Both the position numbers and the translations under genes were made by a program. A stretch of 64,000 bases of DNA from an uncultured Methylomirabilota bacterium (GTDB lineage: Bacteria > Methylomirabilota > Methylomirabilia > Methylomirabilales > 2-02-FULL-66-22): positions 896,001 to 960,000 of the forward strand of contig CAWJSJ010000002.1 of NCBI GenBank assembly GCA_963845565.1. Direction: 5' to 3'. Below the pieces are notes generated by a model, which worked only from the letters and a program-made list of their open reading frames with translations, made no database searches and was not told the origin of the DNA. Of the stretch, positions 44,584 through 55,261 are shown one piece after another (the first letter of the stretch is position 1; every line of letters begins with the position of its first letter).

Positions 44584-45597
44584 ATGAACAGCCGACGCTG
44601 GACGGCAACGTTGCTCGTGCTGGTCGCCCTACTCGCTGGGGTGGTGACTGCGGCGGCCGGGGAATGGAAGCCCACCAAACCCATCACGGTCATCGTGCCC
44701 TGGCCGGCCGGCGGGGCGACCGACCTCACCGTGCGGATCCTGGCGAGCGAGATGGAGAAGGTCCTGGGCCAGCGCCTCTCAGTCGTCAATACGCCGGGCG
44801 CGTCTGGCGCGATTGGGATGCAGAACGCCTATGATGCCGCCAAGGACGGTTACACGTGGACCGGCAACGCGGACGTCTCCATCGTGAACTATCCGGTGTT
44901 GGATCTGATGAAGATCACGCACCGCGACTGGATTCACTGGTACGCCCTGATGACCCCCAACATCATATCCACCACCGCCGACTACCCGGCGAAGGACGTC
45001 GCCGACCTGGTGAGAATCATGAAGGAGAAGCCCGGGCAGGTGGCGGTCGCCTCGGCGGGCGTCGGCTCGTCCGGACACTTGGCCCTTGAGGTCTTCAAGA
45101 GCGCCACGGGGGCGGCACCTCGGCACGTTCCCTATGCAGGGGGAAACCCGGCGGTCATCGCTACCATCTCGGGCGAGAGCAGCGTGGTCATGCAGCTCTC
45201 CATGGAACAGGCCGACATGATCCGCGCGAAGAAGTTGAAGCCCTTGGCGAATACCAGCAACCGCCCCCTGACGATCTCGGGCTACGGCGAGGTGCCGCCC
45301 ATTACCGCGGCGTTCCCGAACTTCCCGTCGACCGGGTCCCACTTCGGGATCATGGTGGCCAAGGGGACGCCTCCGAACGCGGTGGCGGCGATCAGTAAGG
45401 CCTTCGACGTCGCGGCGAAGTCGGAAGCCCTGAAGAAGTTCGCGGACGAGAAGGCGGTCTTCCTGGTGAACCTCAAGGAGGCTGAGGCCATGCAGATGCT
45501 CGAAGGGGCCGCCTCGGTCGTCACCTGGACCCTGTTCGACAACGGGGCGGCCAAGATCTCGCCCGCCCAGTTCAACATCGCCAAGCCGAAGCGGTAG
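44584..45597 (+). CDS. tctC: TctC/Bug binding protein 2
   Basis: PTKPITVIVPWPAGGATD, NTPGASGAIG and VPYAGGNPA. Confidence 0.9.
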   Translation: MNSRRWTATLLVLVALLAGVVTAAAGEWKPTKPITVIVPWPAGGATDLTVRILASEMEKVLGQRLSVVNTPGASGAIGMQNAYDAAKDGYTWTGNADVSIVNYPVLDLMKITHRDWIHWYALMTPNIISTTADYPAKDVADLVRIMKEKPGQVAVASAGVGSSGHLALEVFKSATGAAPRHVPYAGGNPAVIATISGESSVVMQLSMEQADMIRAKKLKPLANTSNRPLTISGYGEVPPITAAFPNFPSTGSHFGIMVAKGTPPNAVAAISKAFDVAAKSEALKKFADEKAVFLVNLKEAEAMQMLEGAASVVTWTLFDNGAAKISPAQFNIAKPKR

Positions 45598-45687
45598 CCT
45601 GCCGAGAAAGCGGGACATGGGGGCTGGCTCGGACCTGGACAGGTCGGAGCCAGCCCGCCCGTGCCGCGCGGGAGTATCCGACGAACT

Positions 45688-46167
45688 ATGAATGACGATT
45701 TCCGCCGTCAAGACTTCTACACGGGGCTCATCCTCTGTGTTGTCAGTCTCGGGGTTGTCGCGGAGTGCTGGCGGATGCCCCGCGATCTCCAGGGCTGGCC
45801 TGGGTATGCGAGTCCCGGGGTGGTCACCGGGATTCTCGGCCTGGGGCTTTTGGGCATGGGCCTCGCGCTCACGCTGCGCTCCGTCCGGCGGGCCGGGGTT
45901 CCGTTCGAGATCACGGGCGCGGACGTCCGGGCGTACCTCGCGGACGTCGGGACCCGACGGCTTGGGCTGATGCTTGGCCTCAGTGTCCTCTACTGCCTCA
46001 TGCTGGGTCGAGGTCTTCCTTATTGGCTGACCACCGGGGGGTATCTGCTGGCGGTCATGTTCGTATTCCGGGCGGGACCGTGGTGGCAGATCCTCCTCAT
46101 CTCAACGGGCGCCACTGCGACCGTGGCCTACGTGTTCAACCGCATCTTCGCCATCCCGCTGCCGTGA
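45688..46167 (+). CDS. tctB: TctB small membrane subunit 2
   Basis: Multiple TM and FNRIFAIPLP C-terminus. Confidence 0.85.
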   Translation: MNDDFRRQDFYTGLILCVVSLGVVAECWRMPRDLQGWPGYASPGVVTGILGLGLLGMGLALTLRSVRRAGVPFEITGADVRAYLADVGTRRLGLMLGLSVLYCLMLGRGLPYWLTTGGYLLAVMFVFRAGPWWQILLISTGATATVAYVFNRIFAIPLP

Positions 46168-46174
46168 GGCTTCG

Positions 46175-47698
46175 ATGGTCCTAGGTCCTTGGCATATTCT
46201 CGTCGAGCTGTGGACGCTCCTCACTCCGTTGACCCTGGCGTACGTCACTGCCAGCACGTTCATCGGCATCGTAATCGGGATGCTTCCCGGACTCACCGCC
46301 ACGATGGGCGTGGCCCTGCTGACCGGCCTCACCTTCGGCTTCCCGCCCAAAGACGCCATCCTCATCCTCATCTGCGTATACGTGGGCGCCATCTACGGGG
46401 GGAGCCGATCGGCCATCCTGCTGAATATCCCGGGGACGCCGGCCAACGCTGCCACCTGCCTCGACGGCTTCCCGATGGCCCGGCGAGGCGAGGCGGGTCC
46501 GGCCATCGGCCTGGCCACGACGTCTTCCTTTCTGGGGACCGTCTTCGGACTCTTTTGCTTGGCTTTCTTCACGCCGCTCCTCGGGAAGATCGCCCTCCAG
46601 TTTCAGTCGTGGGAGTTCTTCTGGCTGGCCATCTTCGGCATCATCGTCTGCGGAAACCTCACCGCACCCACCGATCCCCTGAAGGGCTGGATCGCCGGCT
46701 TCGTGGGGCTGCTGGTCTCTCAGGTGGGTCAGGAAGGCATTGCGGCGTACCCGCGGTTCTCATTCGGCTTCGACCAGATGCGGGGCGGCTTCGCCTTGAT
46801 CCCGGTACTGGTCGGGGTCTACGGCATCGCCGAGGTCTTGGGCGTCATGCGCGAAACCGTGGTCCCGCGGGTGACGACTCAGATCCAGAAAGTCCTGCCG
46901 CGGTGGCGGGATCTTTGGCTCTATCGCCGGACCATCCTCCGTTCCGGGATCATCGGCGTCATCATTGGGGCCATCCCCGGCGTGGGCGAGGACGTCGCCG
47001 CCTGGGTCTCCTACGACTTCGCCAAGCGGGGCAGCAAGAAGCCGGAGGAGTTCGGCAAAGGGTCGCGCGAGGGTTTGATAGCGGCCGAGACGGGAAACAA
47101 CGCCTGCATCGGCGGGGCCGTTATCCCGGTACTTTCTCTCGCCGTTCCGGGGAGCGCGCCCGCCGCGGTGCTGCTCGGCGCCATGTGGCTGCACGGGGTT
47201 CGGCCCGGCCCGCTCCTCATGATCGAGTTCCCGAACTACATCTGGGAAGTCACGGCAATGTTCATCCTGGCCTCCCTGGCCATGTTGGTGCTGGGACTCT
47301 CGTTGGTGCGGGTCTTGGTCAAAGTCCTCATGGTCCCTCGTCCCATCCTCATGCCTATCGTCTTTGTCCTGTGCGTCATCGGGTCCTTCGCGATCAGCGT
47401 TCGGGTCTTCGACATCTGGGTGATGCTGGCTTTCGGCTTCCTCGGGTATCCCATGCGGAAGTACAACTATCCGGCCGCGCCGATGGTCCTCGGCGTCATC
47501 CTGGGCGATATGGCGGATGTGAACTTCCGCCGCGCACTCATCCGGACTGCCGGCGATCCGACGCCGTTCTTCACGCGGCCCATCTCGCTCGTTCTGGTCG
47601 CGGTCACCCTGCTCGTCATTCTTTCACGCTCCGCGTGGTTTCGTCGCATCCTGGCAGCCGGATCGGCCCGGGCGAAGGCCGCGCTGGCGCGCGGCTAG
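46175..47698 (+). CDS. tctA: TctA large membrane subunit 2
   Basis: Same motifs as tctA1 and clearly paralogous. Confidence 0.93.
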   Translation: MVLGPWHILVELWTLLTPLTLAYVTASTFIGIVIGMLPGLTATMGVALLTGLTFGFPPKDAILILICVYVGAIYGGSRSAILLNIPGTPANAATCLDGFPMARRGEAGPAIGLATTSSFLGTVFGLFCLAFFTPLLGKIALQFQSWEFFWLAIFGIIVCGNLTAPTDPLKGWIAGFVGLLVSQVGQEGIAAYPRFSFGFDQMRGGFALIPVLVGVYGIAEVLGVMRETVVPRVTTQIQKVLPRWRDLWLYRRTILRSGIIGVIIGAIPGVGEDVAAWVSYDFAKRGSKKPEEFGKGSREGLIAAETGNNACIGGAVIPVLSLAVPGSAPAAVLLGAMWLHGVRPGPLLMIEFPNYIWEVTAMFILASLAMLVLGLSLVRVLVKVLMVPRPILMPIVFVLCVIGSFAISVRVFDIWVMLAFGFLGYPMRKYNYPAAPMVLGVILGDMADVNFRRALIRTAGDPTPFFTRPISLVLVAVTLLVILSRSAWFRRILAAGSARAKAALARG

Positions 47699-47720
47699 CT
47701 GCGGGAGGGCGCAAAACCTC

Positions 47721-48887
47721 ATGGACAAGATTGGCATCGGCTTTATCGGAGCCCGCTTTGCCGCGGATCTGCATGCTCACGCGCTCAGTAAGATCCGAGG
47801 CGGCAAGTGCGAGATCGTCGCGGTCTGTTCCAAGACCAAGGAGAGCGCCGAGGCGTTTGCCAGGAAGTTCAACATTCCCCACGTATACGCCGATCATCGG
47901 GCCATGCTGGAGCGCAAGGACGTCCACCTCGTGACGCTGCCCGTGGTGACGAACCTTCACCACACGCTGGCCATCGACGCGGCCAACGCCGGCAAGCACC
48001 TTATTATGGAGAAGCCGCTCACCGGCTGCTTCGCCGAAGCGAACTCCATGTCCCGGCAGGCGATGTTTGCCGAAGCCATGAAGAACGCCGATGCGGTGGT
48101 CGAGGCGTGTCGCCGGAACAAAGTCCGTATGGGGTACGCCGAGAACTTCGTGTACGCGCCGCCGGTGGCGAAGCTGCGGCGGTTGATGGACGCCAGCGGG
48201 GGGACCCTACTCGACCTGCGCGCCGAGGAGAGCCACTCCGGCTCCCACGCCTCGTACTCGCGGCGCTGGCTGACCGCGGGCGGCGGCTCCATGCTGCGGA
48301 TGGGCTCCCATCCCATCGGGGCGGTGATCCACCTCAAGCACTACGAGGGAATGCAGAAGTCCGGGAAGCCGATCCGGGTGAAGTCCGTCCTGGCGGACGT
48401 GGCACAACTCAGCAAGCACCCCGCCGTTCAGGCCGCCCCAAAGAAATATCTCGTGACCGCCTGGGAAGACGTGGAGGACTGGTCGGCTGCGATCCTGACC
48501 TTCGAAGACGGAACCAAGGCCACGGTCTTCTCCACGGATGTGAGCCTGGGCGGGGTGAAGAACCTGCTGACCGCCTACCTCGACAACGCCGTGGTCCAGG
48601 TGAACATCAATCCCAACACCAGCCTCCAGGTGTATGCGCCGGACGGACAGATCTGGGGGGACGAGTACATCACGGAGAAGGTGGAGACGAAGGGCGGCTG
48701 GCAGTTCCCCAGTCCCGACGAGGACTGGATGCGGGGCTATCCCCAGGAGATGGAGGACTTCGTGGACGCCGTCCGCGAAGGCCGGGAGCCGCTGTCGGGC
48801 CTCCTCCTGGCCCACGAGACCGTCGAGGTCATCTACGCCGGCTACGTCTCGGCCCAGGAGGGCCGCCGGGTGGAGCTGACGCGGTAG
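47721..48887 (+). CDS. Gfo/Idh/MocA-family oxidoreductase
   Basis: [23 protein letters not shown] and GGG..LRMGSH. Confidence 0.9.
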   Translation: MDKIGIGFIGARFAADLHAHALSKIRGGKCEIVAVCSKTKESAEAFARKFNIPHVYADHRAMLERKDVHLVTLPVVTNLHHTLAIDAANAGKHLIMEKPLTGCFAEANSMSRQAMFAEAMKNADAVVEACRRNKVRMGYAENFVYAPPVAKLRRLMDASGGTLLDLRAEESHSGSHASYSRRWLTAGGGSMLRMGSHPIGAVIHLKHYEGMQKSGKPIRVKSVLADVAQLSKHPAVQAAPKKYLVTAWEDVEDWSAAILTFEDGTKATVFSTDVSLGGVKNLLTAYLDNAVVQVNINPNTSLQVYAPDGQIWGDEYITEKVETKGGWQFPSPDEDWMRGYPQEMEDFVDAVREGREPLSGLLLAHETVEVIYAGYVSAQEGRRVELTR

Positions 48888-48906
48888 GCGGCAAGGAGCG
48901 CCGGCG

Positions 48907-49746
48907 ATGCGATTCACGAAGATGCACGGGGCGGGGAACGACTACGTCTACGTGAACGGCTTCGAGGAGCGGGTGGAGCACCCCGAGCGGGTGGCCAGGC
49001 AGGTCTCCAGCCGGCACTTCGGCATCGGTTCGGACGGCCTGATCCTGATCCTGCCGTCGGAGAAGGCCGACGTGCGGATGCGAATGTGGAACGCGGACGG
49101 CTCCGAGGCGGAGATGTGCGGGAACGGCATCCGCTGCGTGGCCAAGTATGCCTACGATCACGGCATCGCCCGGAGGCCGACCATCACCGCCGAGACCGGC
49201 GCCGGCATCCTGACCCTGCAGCTCTTCACGGGGGCGGACGGCGCGGTCGAGCGGGTGCGGGTCGACATGGGACGGCCGCGTCTGACCCGGGCCGAGATCC
49301 CCATGCTGGGCGACCCCCAGGACGGGCGGGCCATCGACCAGCCGCTCGATGCGCAGCAAACGGTATTCAACGTCACCTGTGTCTCCATGGGGAACCCTCA
49401 CTGCGTCATCTTCGTGGACGACGTGGGGACTTTCCAGGTGGGGGAATACGGTCCCCCCATCGAACATCACCGCATCTTCCCCCGCCGCACCAACGTGGAG
49501 TTCGTGCAGGTCATCTCCAAGACCGAGGTGCGCCAGCGCACCTGGGAGCGGGGCAGCGGCGAGACCCTGGCCTGCGGCACCGGGGCCGGTGCCGTGTGTG
49601 TCGCCGGCGTGCTGACCGGACGGACCGAGCGGCGGATCATCAACCATCTCTCCGGCGGCGATCTGGAACTGGAATGGGCGGACGACGGCCGGCTCTACAT
49701 GACCGGGCCCGCCGTGGAAGTCTTCTCCGGCTCGATCGAGGTGTAA
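48907..49746 (+). CDS. dapF: Diaminopimelate epimerase
   Basis: [24 protein letters not shown] and [13 protein letters not shown]. Confidence 0.97.
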   Translation: MRFTKMHGAGNDYVYVNGFEERVEHPERVARQVSSRHFGIGSDGLILILPSEKADVRMRMWNADGSEAEMCGNGIRCVAKYAYDHGIARRPTITAETGAGILTLQLFTGADGAVERVRVDMGRPRLTRAEIPMLGDPQDGRAIDQPLDAQQTVFNVTCVSMGNPHCVIFVDDVGTFQVGEYGPPIEHHRIFPRRTNVEFVQVISKTEVRQRTWERGSGETLACGTGAGAVCVAGVLTGRTERRIINHLSGGDLELEWADDGRLYMTGPAVEVFSGSIEV

Positions 49747-49794
49747 CCGCCAAGAAGACCAACGCATCCGCCGCGCGGGCGTCCGTGCGGCACC

Positions 49795-49823
49795 TTGACA
49801 GCCCCTACCGCATCTGATAGAAA
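49795..49823 (+). promoter_or_regulatory. sigma70 promoter TTGACA-N17-TAGAAA
   Basis: Perfect -35 and a TGn extension, upstream of the creatininase gene. Confidence 0.5.
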
Positions 49824-49965
49824 CCCGACAGCCGAGGTGACGATACCGCTTCGGTCTTTTCTGTAGCGGTCGGTGTCGACACTCGACAACACCCGAAGCC
49901 GACCCCGCGGTCCCAACCTCCGGCGATTGGTCACTCCCCGCGCACGCCCCGGAAAGGAGGACCCC

Positions 49966-50781
49966 ATGCGCGCCCGCGACGTCTTCGAGTACAACAAGCT
50001 CACCTGGCCGGAGATGAACGACGCCATCGAGATGCAGAAGGTGGTCATCCTGCCGACCGGCTCGACCGAGCAGCACGGGCCCCACATGCCCCTGGACGTG
50101 GACCTGTTCCTGGTCCGAGAGGTCTGCCACGAACTGGGCCGCCGCGCCCCCGACCAGGTGCTCGTCCTGCCGGCCATCCCGTGCGGGCTCAACCTGCATC
50201 ATATCGACTTCCCCGGGACCATCCATATCCAGCCGGATCACTTCATCAACTACTGCGTGGACGTGACCAAGAGCGTCGCCTATCACGGGTTCAAGCGGAT
50301 CGCGGTGGTGAACGGCCACGGGTCGAATGGCCCGATGGTGGATCTGGTGGCGCGGCGCACGGTCCTGGAGACGCCCTCCATCTGCTGCGCCTTCGGCTAC
50401 TTCGCCATGGGCAAAGCCGAGTACGAGCCGCTGCTGGAGAGCACGGTCCATGCCCACGCCGACGAGATGGAGACCTCCCTCTATCTGCATTTCGCCAAGG
50501 AGCGCGTGCAACTGGACAAGGCGGTCTTCGGGAACGATCATGTGGGACAGTACATGACCTCGGACTCCACCAAGGCCGTCCGCTTCAACGATTTCTGGGG
50601 CCGCTGGACGAGGACAGGGATTCACGGCGATCCCACCAAGGCGACGGCGGAGAAGGGGAAGCAGATCCTCGAGATCATCATGAAGCACATGCTGGCCTGG
50701 CTGGCGGAGTACCGGACCTGGCCGATCGAGGCACGGCAGGACCAGCATCGGCTTCCGGCTCAGAAGGGCATTCGCTGGTAG
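49966..50781 (+). CDS. Creatininase/creatinine amidohydrolase family protein
   Basis: PTGSTEQHGPH, HH.DFPGT, NGHGSN, HADEMETS and ATAEKG. Confidence 0.9.
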   Translation: MRARDVFEYNKLTWPEMNDAIEMQKVVILPTGSTEQHGPHMPLDVDLFLVREVCHELGRRAPDQVLVLPAIPCGLNLHHIDFPGTIHIQPDHFINYCVDVTKSVAYHGFKRIAVVNGHGSNGPMVDLVARRTVLETPSICCAFGYFAMGKAEYEPLLESTVHAHADEMETSLYLHFAKERVQLDKAVFGNDHVGQYMTSDSTKAVRFNDFWGRWTRTGIHGDPTKATAEKGKQILEIIMKHMLAWLAEYRTWPIEARQDQHRLPAQKGIRW

Positions 50782-50786
50782 TGAGG

Positions 50787-50898
50787 GCTCAGCTTTCAGC
50801 AGTCAGCGTTCAGCAAAAACAGGGAGCGGCGAGTTGAGACGCGCTGGGGGTTCCGTCGTGGACTGAATGCTGATTGCTGACTGCTAGCCGCTGACCGC
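50787..50898. repeat. Imperfect 7-bp tandem repeats with an inverted counterpart
   Basis: TCAGCTT TCAGCAG TCAGCGT TCAGC ... GCTGATT GCTGACT GCTAGCC GCTGACC. A half copy lies at ~62819-62855. Confidence 0.65.
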
Positions 50899-50971
50899 TT
50901 GGGGACGCGACTGTGGAGAAACGACTTTCACACGAAGGAGGACCGACCATGATACGCCGCGGAGGTATGGC

Positions 50972-52504
50972 ATGGATCGCTCGGAAGCATCCTGGGCCTT
51001 CGCGCTCCTGCTCGGAGCGGCTGGTCCGGCGCCGGCGGGCACGGTCCTGAAGATCGCCGCCGACGGGGACATCTCCGACGTCGATCTCCACATGACGACC
51101 CATTACCTGAACCGGGTCGTCCTCCTCAACGTGTACGACATGCTGTTCGCCCTGGGCGAGGACATGGGTCCGCGGCCGTCGCTGGTGGACAAGTACACCG
51201 TCAGCCCGGACGGCCTGGTGTACACCCTGACGCTGCGCCGCGGCGTGAAGTTCCACAGCGGCAAGACGCTGGACGCCAAGGACGTGGTGTACTCCCTCAC
51301 CAAGATGCAGGCCAAGGGGCCGCGGTCCGGTCAGCTCAAGCGGCTCATCAAGTCCGTCGAGGCCTCCGATCCGCTGACCGTGAAGATCGCGCTCCACGAG
51401 GTGAACGCCGGGTTCGTCGCCACGCTGGCGAACCCCATCGCCCCGGCGGTCATCTACCCGGACGGCGAGGCCGAGCGGCAGGGGGGCACCATCACCAAGC
51501 CGGTGGGGACGGGTCCGTTCGAGTTCGTGGAGTGGAAGAAGGACAGCGTCATCCGGCTGAAGAAGTTCGCCGGCTACACGGTGGATGATCGGCCCACCTC
51601 CGGGTTCACGGGGAAGCGGCTGGCGCTGGTGGATCAGGTGGACTTCATCCCCATCCGGGACTCCTCGGTCCGCGCCGCGGCGCTGGAGCGGGGGGACGTG
51701 GACGTGGCCCTCTCCCTCACGCAGCAGGACGTGGAGCGGTACAAGGGGAAGCCGGGTCTCACCGTTGCCGCCAAGCCGGGGGTCGCGTTCGCCGATCTCC
51801 GCTTCGGGTTCAAGAAGGGGATCTTCATGAACAACCCGAAGCTCCGCCAGGCGGTCGGGTACGCCATCGACAAGGAGGAGATCGTCAAGGCGGTGACCTT
51901 CGGGCTGGGCAAGGCCGCGCCGGCCGGCATCCCGATCGGGACCCCGTACTTCGGGCCGGTGCACGGGAACGACCCCTATGGCAAACCGAATCCGGAAAAG
52001 GCCAAGCAGCTCATGAAAGAGGCCGGCTACAAGGGGGAAGAGATCATCCTGGATTCGCACCTGCAGCCCAGCGTCTATCCGGAAATCGCCGTGGTGCTCC
52101 AGGCGCAGTTCCAGGCCGTGGGGATGAACGTGCGAGTGCGCACGCTGGAGTCGGCGGCCCTGCAGACGACCTGGGACGGCGGGGAGTTCGCCTTCTTCCT
52201 CTCGGGCCTCAGCCCGCGCCCGGACGCCGAGATCTACTACTGCCAGTTCTGGGAAAGCACCAGCACCTCGACCGGGTACAAGAATGCCGAGTACGACCGG
52301 CTGTGCGGTGCCGCCCGGAAGACCATCAAGGACGACGATCGCAAGAAGGTCTTCACGGACCTCGAGACCCTGCTCCGCACCGACATGCCCTGGATGCCGC
52401 TCATCTACCTGGCGCAGGTCGAGGGCTGGCGCAGTAACGTCCAGGGGTGGCAGCACTGGTCGGCCGGGTACGCCCGGGCCTGGAACGTGACGGTCGGGAA
52501 GTAG
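50972..52504 (+). CDS. Peptide/nickel (family 5) ABC substrate-binding protein
   Basis: LRRGVKFHSG, PVGTGPF and LRQAVGYAIDKEEI. The true start may be ATG 50950 with an indel in the signal peptide. Confidence 0.9.
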   Translation: MDRSEASWAFALLLGAAGPAPAGTVLKIAADGDISDVDLHMTTHYLNRVVLLNVYDMLFALGEDMGPRPSLVDKYTVSPDGLVYTLTLRRGVKFHSGKTLDAKDVVYSLTKMQAKGPRSGQLKRLIKSVEASDPLTVKIALHEVNAGFVATLANPIAPAVIYPDGEAERQGGTITKPVGTGPFEFVEWKKDSVIRLKKFAGYTVDDRPTSGFTGKRLALVDQVDFIPIRDSSVRAAALERGDVDVALSLTQQDVERYKGKPGLTVAAKPGVAFADLRFGFKKGIFMNNPKLRQAVGYAIDKEEIVKAVTFGLGKAAPAGIPIGTPYFGPVHGNDPYGKPNPEKAKQLMKEAGYKGEEIILDSHLQPSVYPEIAVVLQAQFQAVGMNVRVRTLESAALQTTWDGGEFAFFLSGLSPRPDAEIYYCQFWESTSTSTGYKNAEYDRLCGAARKTIKDDDRKKVFTDLETLLRTDMPWMPLIYLAQVEGWRSNVQGWQHWSAGYARAWNVTVGK

Positions 52505-52591
52505 AGCGATCACGCGCAGCGCCGAACGGTGACGCCGGGGCCGAGGGCGTGATGTCCTCGGCCCCGGACTCGCCTTGCCCCGGGCATCCCC

Positions 52592-53545
52592 ATGCCGCCC
52601 CTACTGCGGAACATTCTCACGCGGGTGGTCGCGCTCGTCCCGATTCTCTTCGGGCTGTCCATCGCCTCGTTCGCCCTGGTGCACGTCATCCCGGGCGATC
52701 CGGCGCTGGTGATGCTGGGGGGCGAGGGGACGCCCCAGCAGGTCGTGGAGCTCCGCAAGCAGCTCGGCCTGGACCGGCCGCTCCACGTCCGATACCTGGA
52801 ATGGCTCGGCCGGGTGGTCCGGGGCGACCTCGGCGAGTCGCTCTACAACAAGACCCGGGTCGTCGATGAGCTCATCTGGCGGTTCCCCACCACCCTGTCG
52901 CTGGTCTGCCTGGCGCTCCTGATCTCCGTCCTGATCGGGGTCCCCGCCGGATTGCTGTCGGCCGTCTACCGGAACTCGTGGGTGGACCACGTGGCCCGCC
53001 TCATCACGCTCGTCAGCCTCTCCATGCCCAGCTTCTGGCTGGGGCTCATGCTGATCATCCTGTTCTCGCTCAAGCTGAACCTGCTCCCCGTCGTCGGATA
53101 CACCTCCGTGGTCACCGATCTCTGGAGCGGGCTCAGGTTCCTCATCCTGCCGAGCTGCGCGCTGGGCACGTATCTCACGGCCCTCCTGGCGCGCCTGGTC
53201 CGGAGCAGCGTCCTGGAGGTGTTGGGGCAGGATTACATCCGCACGGCGCGGGCCAAGGGGCTCCGCGAGCGGGTCGTCCTGTTCCGCCACGCCCTGCGGA
53301 ATGCCCTGATTCCCGCCGTGACCGTCATGGGCATCAACATGGGGATCCTGCTGGGAGGCAGCGCCGTCATCGAGACGCTCTTCGTCCTGCCGGGGGTCGG
53401 GCAGCTCGTGATCACGGCGCTGTACAATCGGGACCTCCCGGTGATCCAGGGATTGATCCTGTACATCTCGGTGCTGTACGTCCTGATCAATCTGGTGGTG
53501 GATCTGTTGTACACGTATCTGGACCCGAGACTCCGCTTCGGGTAG
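52592..53545 (+). CDS. DppB/OppB-type ABC permease
   Basis: IPGDPA, GDLGES, MPSFWLG, DYIRTARAKGL and LDPR. Confidence 0.93.
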   Translation: MPPLLRNILTRVVALVPILFGLSIASFALVHVIPGDPALVMLGGEGTPQQVVELRKQLGLDRPLHVRYLEWLGRVVRGDLGESLYNKTRVVDELIWRFPTTLSLVCLALLISVLIGVPAGLLSAVYRNSWVDHVARLITLVSLSMPSFWLGLMLIILFSLKLNLLPVVGYTSVVTDLWSGLRFLILPSCALGTYLTALLARLVRSSVLEVLGQDYIRTARAKGLRERVVLFRHALRNALIPAVTVMGINMGILLGGSAVIETLFVLPGVGQLVITALYNRDLPVIQGLILYISVLYVLINLVVDLLYTYLDPRLRFG

Positions 53546-53572
53546 GGGCTGGTCCGGGTCCCGGCGAACACC

Positions 53573-54469
53573 ATGGCACCTGCGGTCTCTCTGACGACGT
53601 CGCACAGCATCCCGCCGCCGCCCCGCCGCGTCGAACGGTGGGGACGAGTGTGGCGTCAGCTCCGCCGGAATCGGCTCTCGCTCGCCGGCAGCCTGATCGT
53701 GGTCAGCCTGCTCGTGCTGGCGCTGGCGGCGCCGCTGCTCGGGCTGGCCAGCCCGGTGAAGCTCAACATCGGGCAACGCTTCCTGTCGCCGGGTCCGGGC
53801 CACTGGTTCGGGACGGACCAGCTCGGTCGCGACGTCCTGAGCCGGGTGGTCTTTGGCGCGCGCGTCAGCCTCATGGCCTCGCTCCTGACCATGTTCGGCG
53901 CGGCGCTGCCCGGGGTGCTGCTCGGGATCGTGGCGGGCGTCAGCTCGGCGCGGATCGCCGGACTCGTTATGCGAGTGATGGATCTGCTGATGTCGTTCCC
54001 GCCGCTCTTGCTCGCCGTGGCGGTGGCCGCGGCACTGGGGACCGGGACGCGCAGCATCATCATCGCGCTCGGCGTGGTATACCTCCCGCGCATCGTGCGC
54101 GTCACGCGCGGCGTGGCGCTCTCGGTGATCGCGCAGGAGTACGTCATGGCGGCCCAGGCGCTCGGCAGCCCGCGCTGGCGTTTGGTGCTCCGGACGGTGC
54201 TGCCCAACTGCCTGTCGGTGGTCGTGGTGCAACTCAGCCTGTACTTCGCCGAGGTCCTGCTGGCCGAGGCGGCGCTCTCGTTTCTGGGGCTGGGAGAGCC
54301 CCCGCCAACGCCGACCTGGGGCAACATCCTGTACGATTCCCAGAAATACATCCGCAACGCCCCCTGGATTGCGTTCTTTCCTGGCTGCGCCATCGCCCTA
54401 TCGGTGTTGGGGCTGAACCTGTTCGGGGACGCCGTCCGGGATGCCATGGACCCCCGCCTGCGGACGTGA
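53573..54469 (+). CDS. DppC/OppC-type ABC permease
   Basis: HWFGTDQLGRD, GARVSL, EAALSFLGLG and GDAVRDAMDPR. Confidence 0.93.
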   Translation: MAPAVSLTTSHSIPPPPRRVERWGRVWRQLRRNRLSLAGSLIVVSLLVLALAAPLLGLASPVKLNIGQRFLSPGPGHWFGTDQLGRDVLSRVVFGARVSLMASLLTMFGAALPGVLLGIVAGVSSARIAGLVMRVMDLLMSFPPLLLAVAVAAALGTGTRSIIIALGVVYLPRIVRVTRGVALSVIAQEYVMAAQALGSPRWRLVLRTVLPNCLSVVVVQLSLYFAEVLLAEAALSFLGLGEPPPTPTWGNILYDSQKYIRNAPWIAFFPGCAIALSVLGLNLFGDAVRDAMDPRLRT

Positions 54470-54675
54470 CGCCGGGCCATCCTTCCCCCCGGTGCTGGCC
54501 ACTCCCTGCGACCGACTTGCGGCTCGTCCCGCGCGAACCCGCAGAGGTGCGGCGCGGTCTGGGAAAAGGCCCGCCGCGCCAAGACTGCGACCAGTTTGTG
54601 CTGATTTGCGGAATCGGTTGTGATAGGCTTTCGCCCGTGCGGCCTGTGACAGCGCCCGGCGCTCGGACCTGCGGG

Positions 54676-55110
54676 CTACTTGCGGGACGTCCGGGCGACC
54701 GGATCCTTAGGGCTCGCGGCGCTGGGTTTCGGCTCGGTTTTCAGCCGAAGGACGGCCGAGATGAGATTGATCAGATCCCGGGGCCGGGCCGGTTTCTGAA
54801 CGTAGCCGACGCAGCGGCGCGAGATGGCCCTCGCCTGGTCTCCGACGACGTCGTAGGCGGTCATCGCCACGATGGGGATGTGTTGCGTGGCCGGATCCTG
54901 CTTCAGCGTCTCCGCCGCCGACAGCCCGTCCAGATCGGGAAGCTGGATGTCCATCAGGATGAGATCCGGGCGATGCTCGCTGGCGAACTGCAGCCCCTGC
55001 ACGGCGTTGTAGGCCTGGAGGGTGCCGAAGCCGGCGAACCGGAGGGCATCGGCGATCACTTGGGAGATGTCCGGGCTGTCCTCGACGATCAGGATGGTCG
55101 CTTTAGCCAT
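54676..55110 (-). CDS. Single-domain response regulator (DivK/CheY-like)
   Basis: ILIVED, PDLILMDIQLPDLDG, AMTA and KP. Confidence 0.88.
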   Translation of the reverse strand: MAKATILIVEDSPDISQVIADALRFAGFGTLQAYNAVQGLQFASEHRPDLILMDIQLPDLDGLSAAETLKQDPATQHIPIVAMTAYDVVGDQARAISRRCVGYVQKPARPRDLINLISAVLRLKTEPKPSAASPKDPVARTSRK

Positions 55111-55261
55111 GGGCGGGTGCTCCTTGTGGCTGCGAGGCGGAGCGGGTTCCCGGGGTGAGGGCCGGATGCTACTCCGGGCTTTCCTCGATTTTCAAGGGGT
55201 TTTTGTTCTGCGTCCCACGGTCATTTTTCGGTTGCGTGTTCTGTGAGATCGGAGGCCAACG

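Noticed and set aside
49966..50781. mftE (mycofactocin peptidase)
   Set aside because: No mftA/B/C in the window, so only a family-level call is supported.
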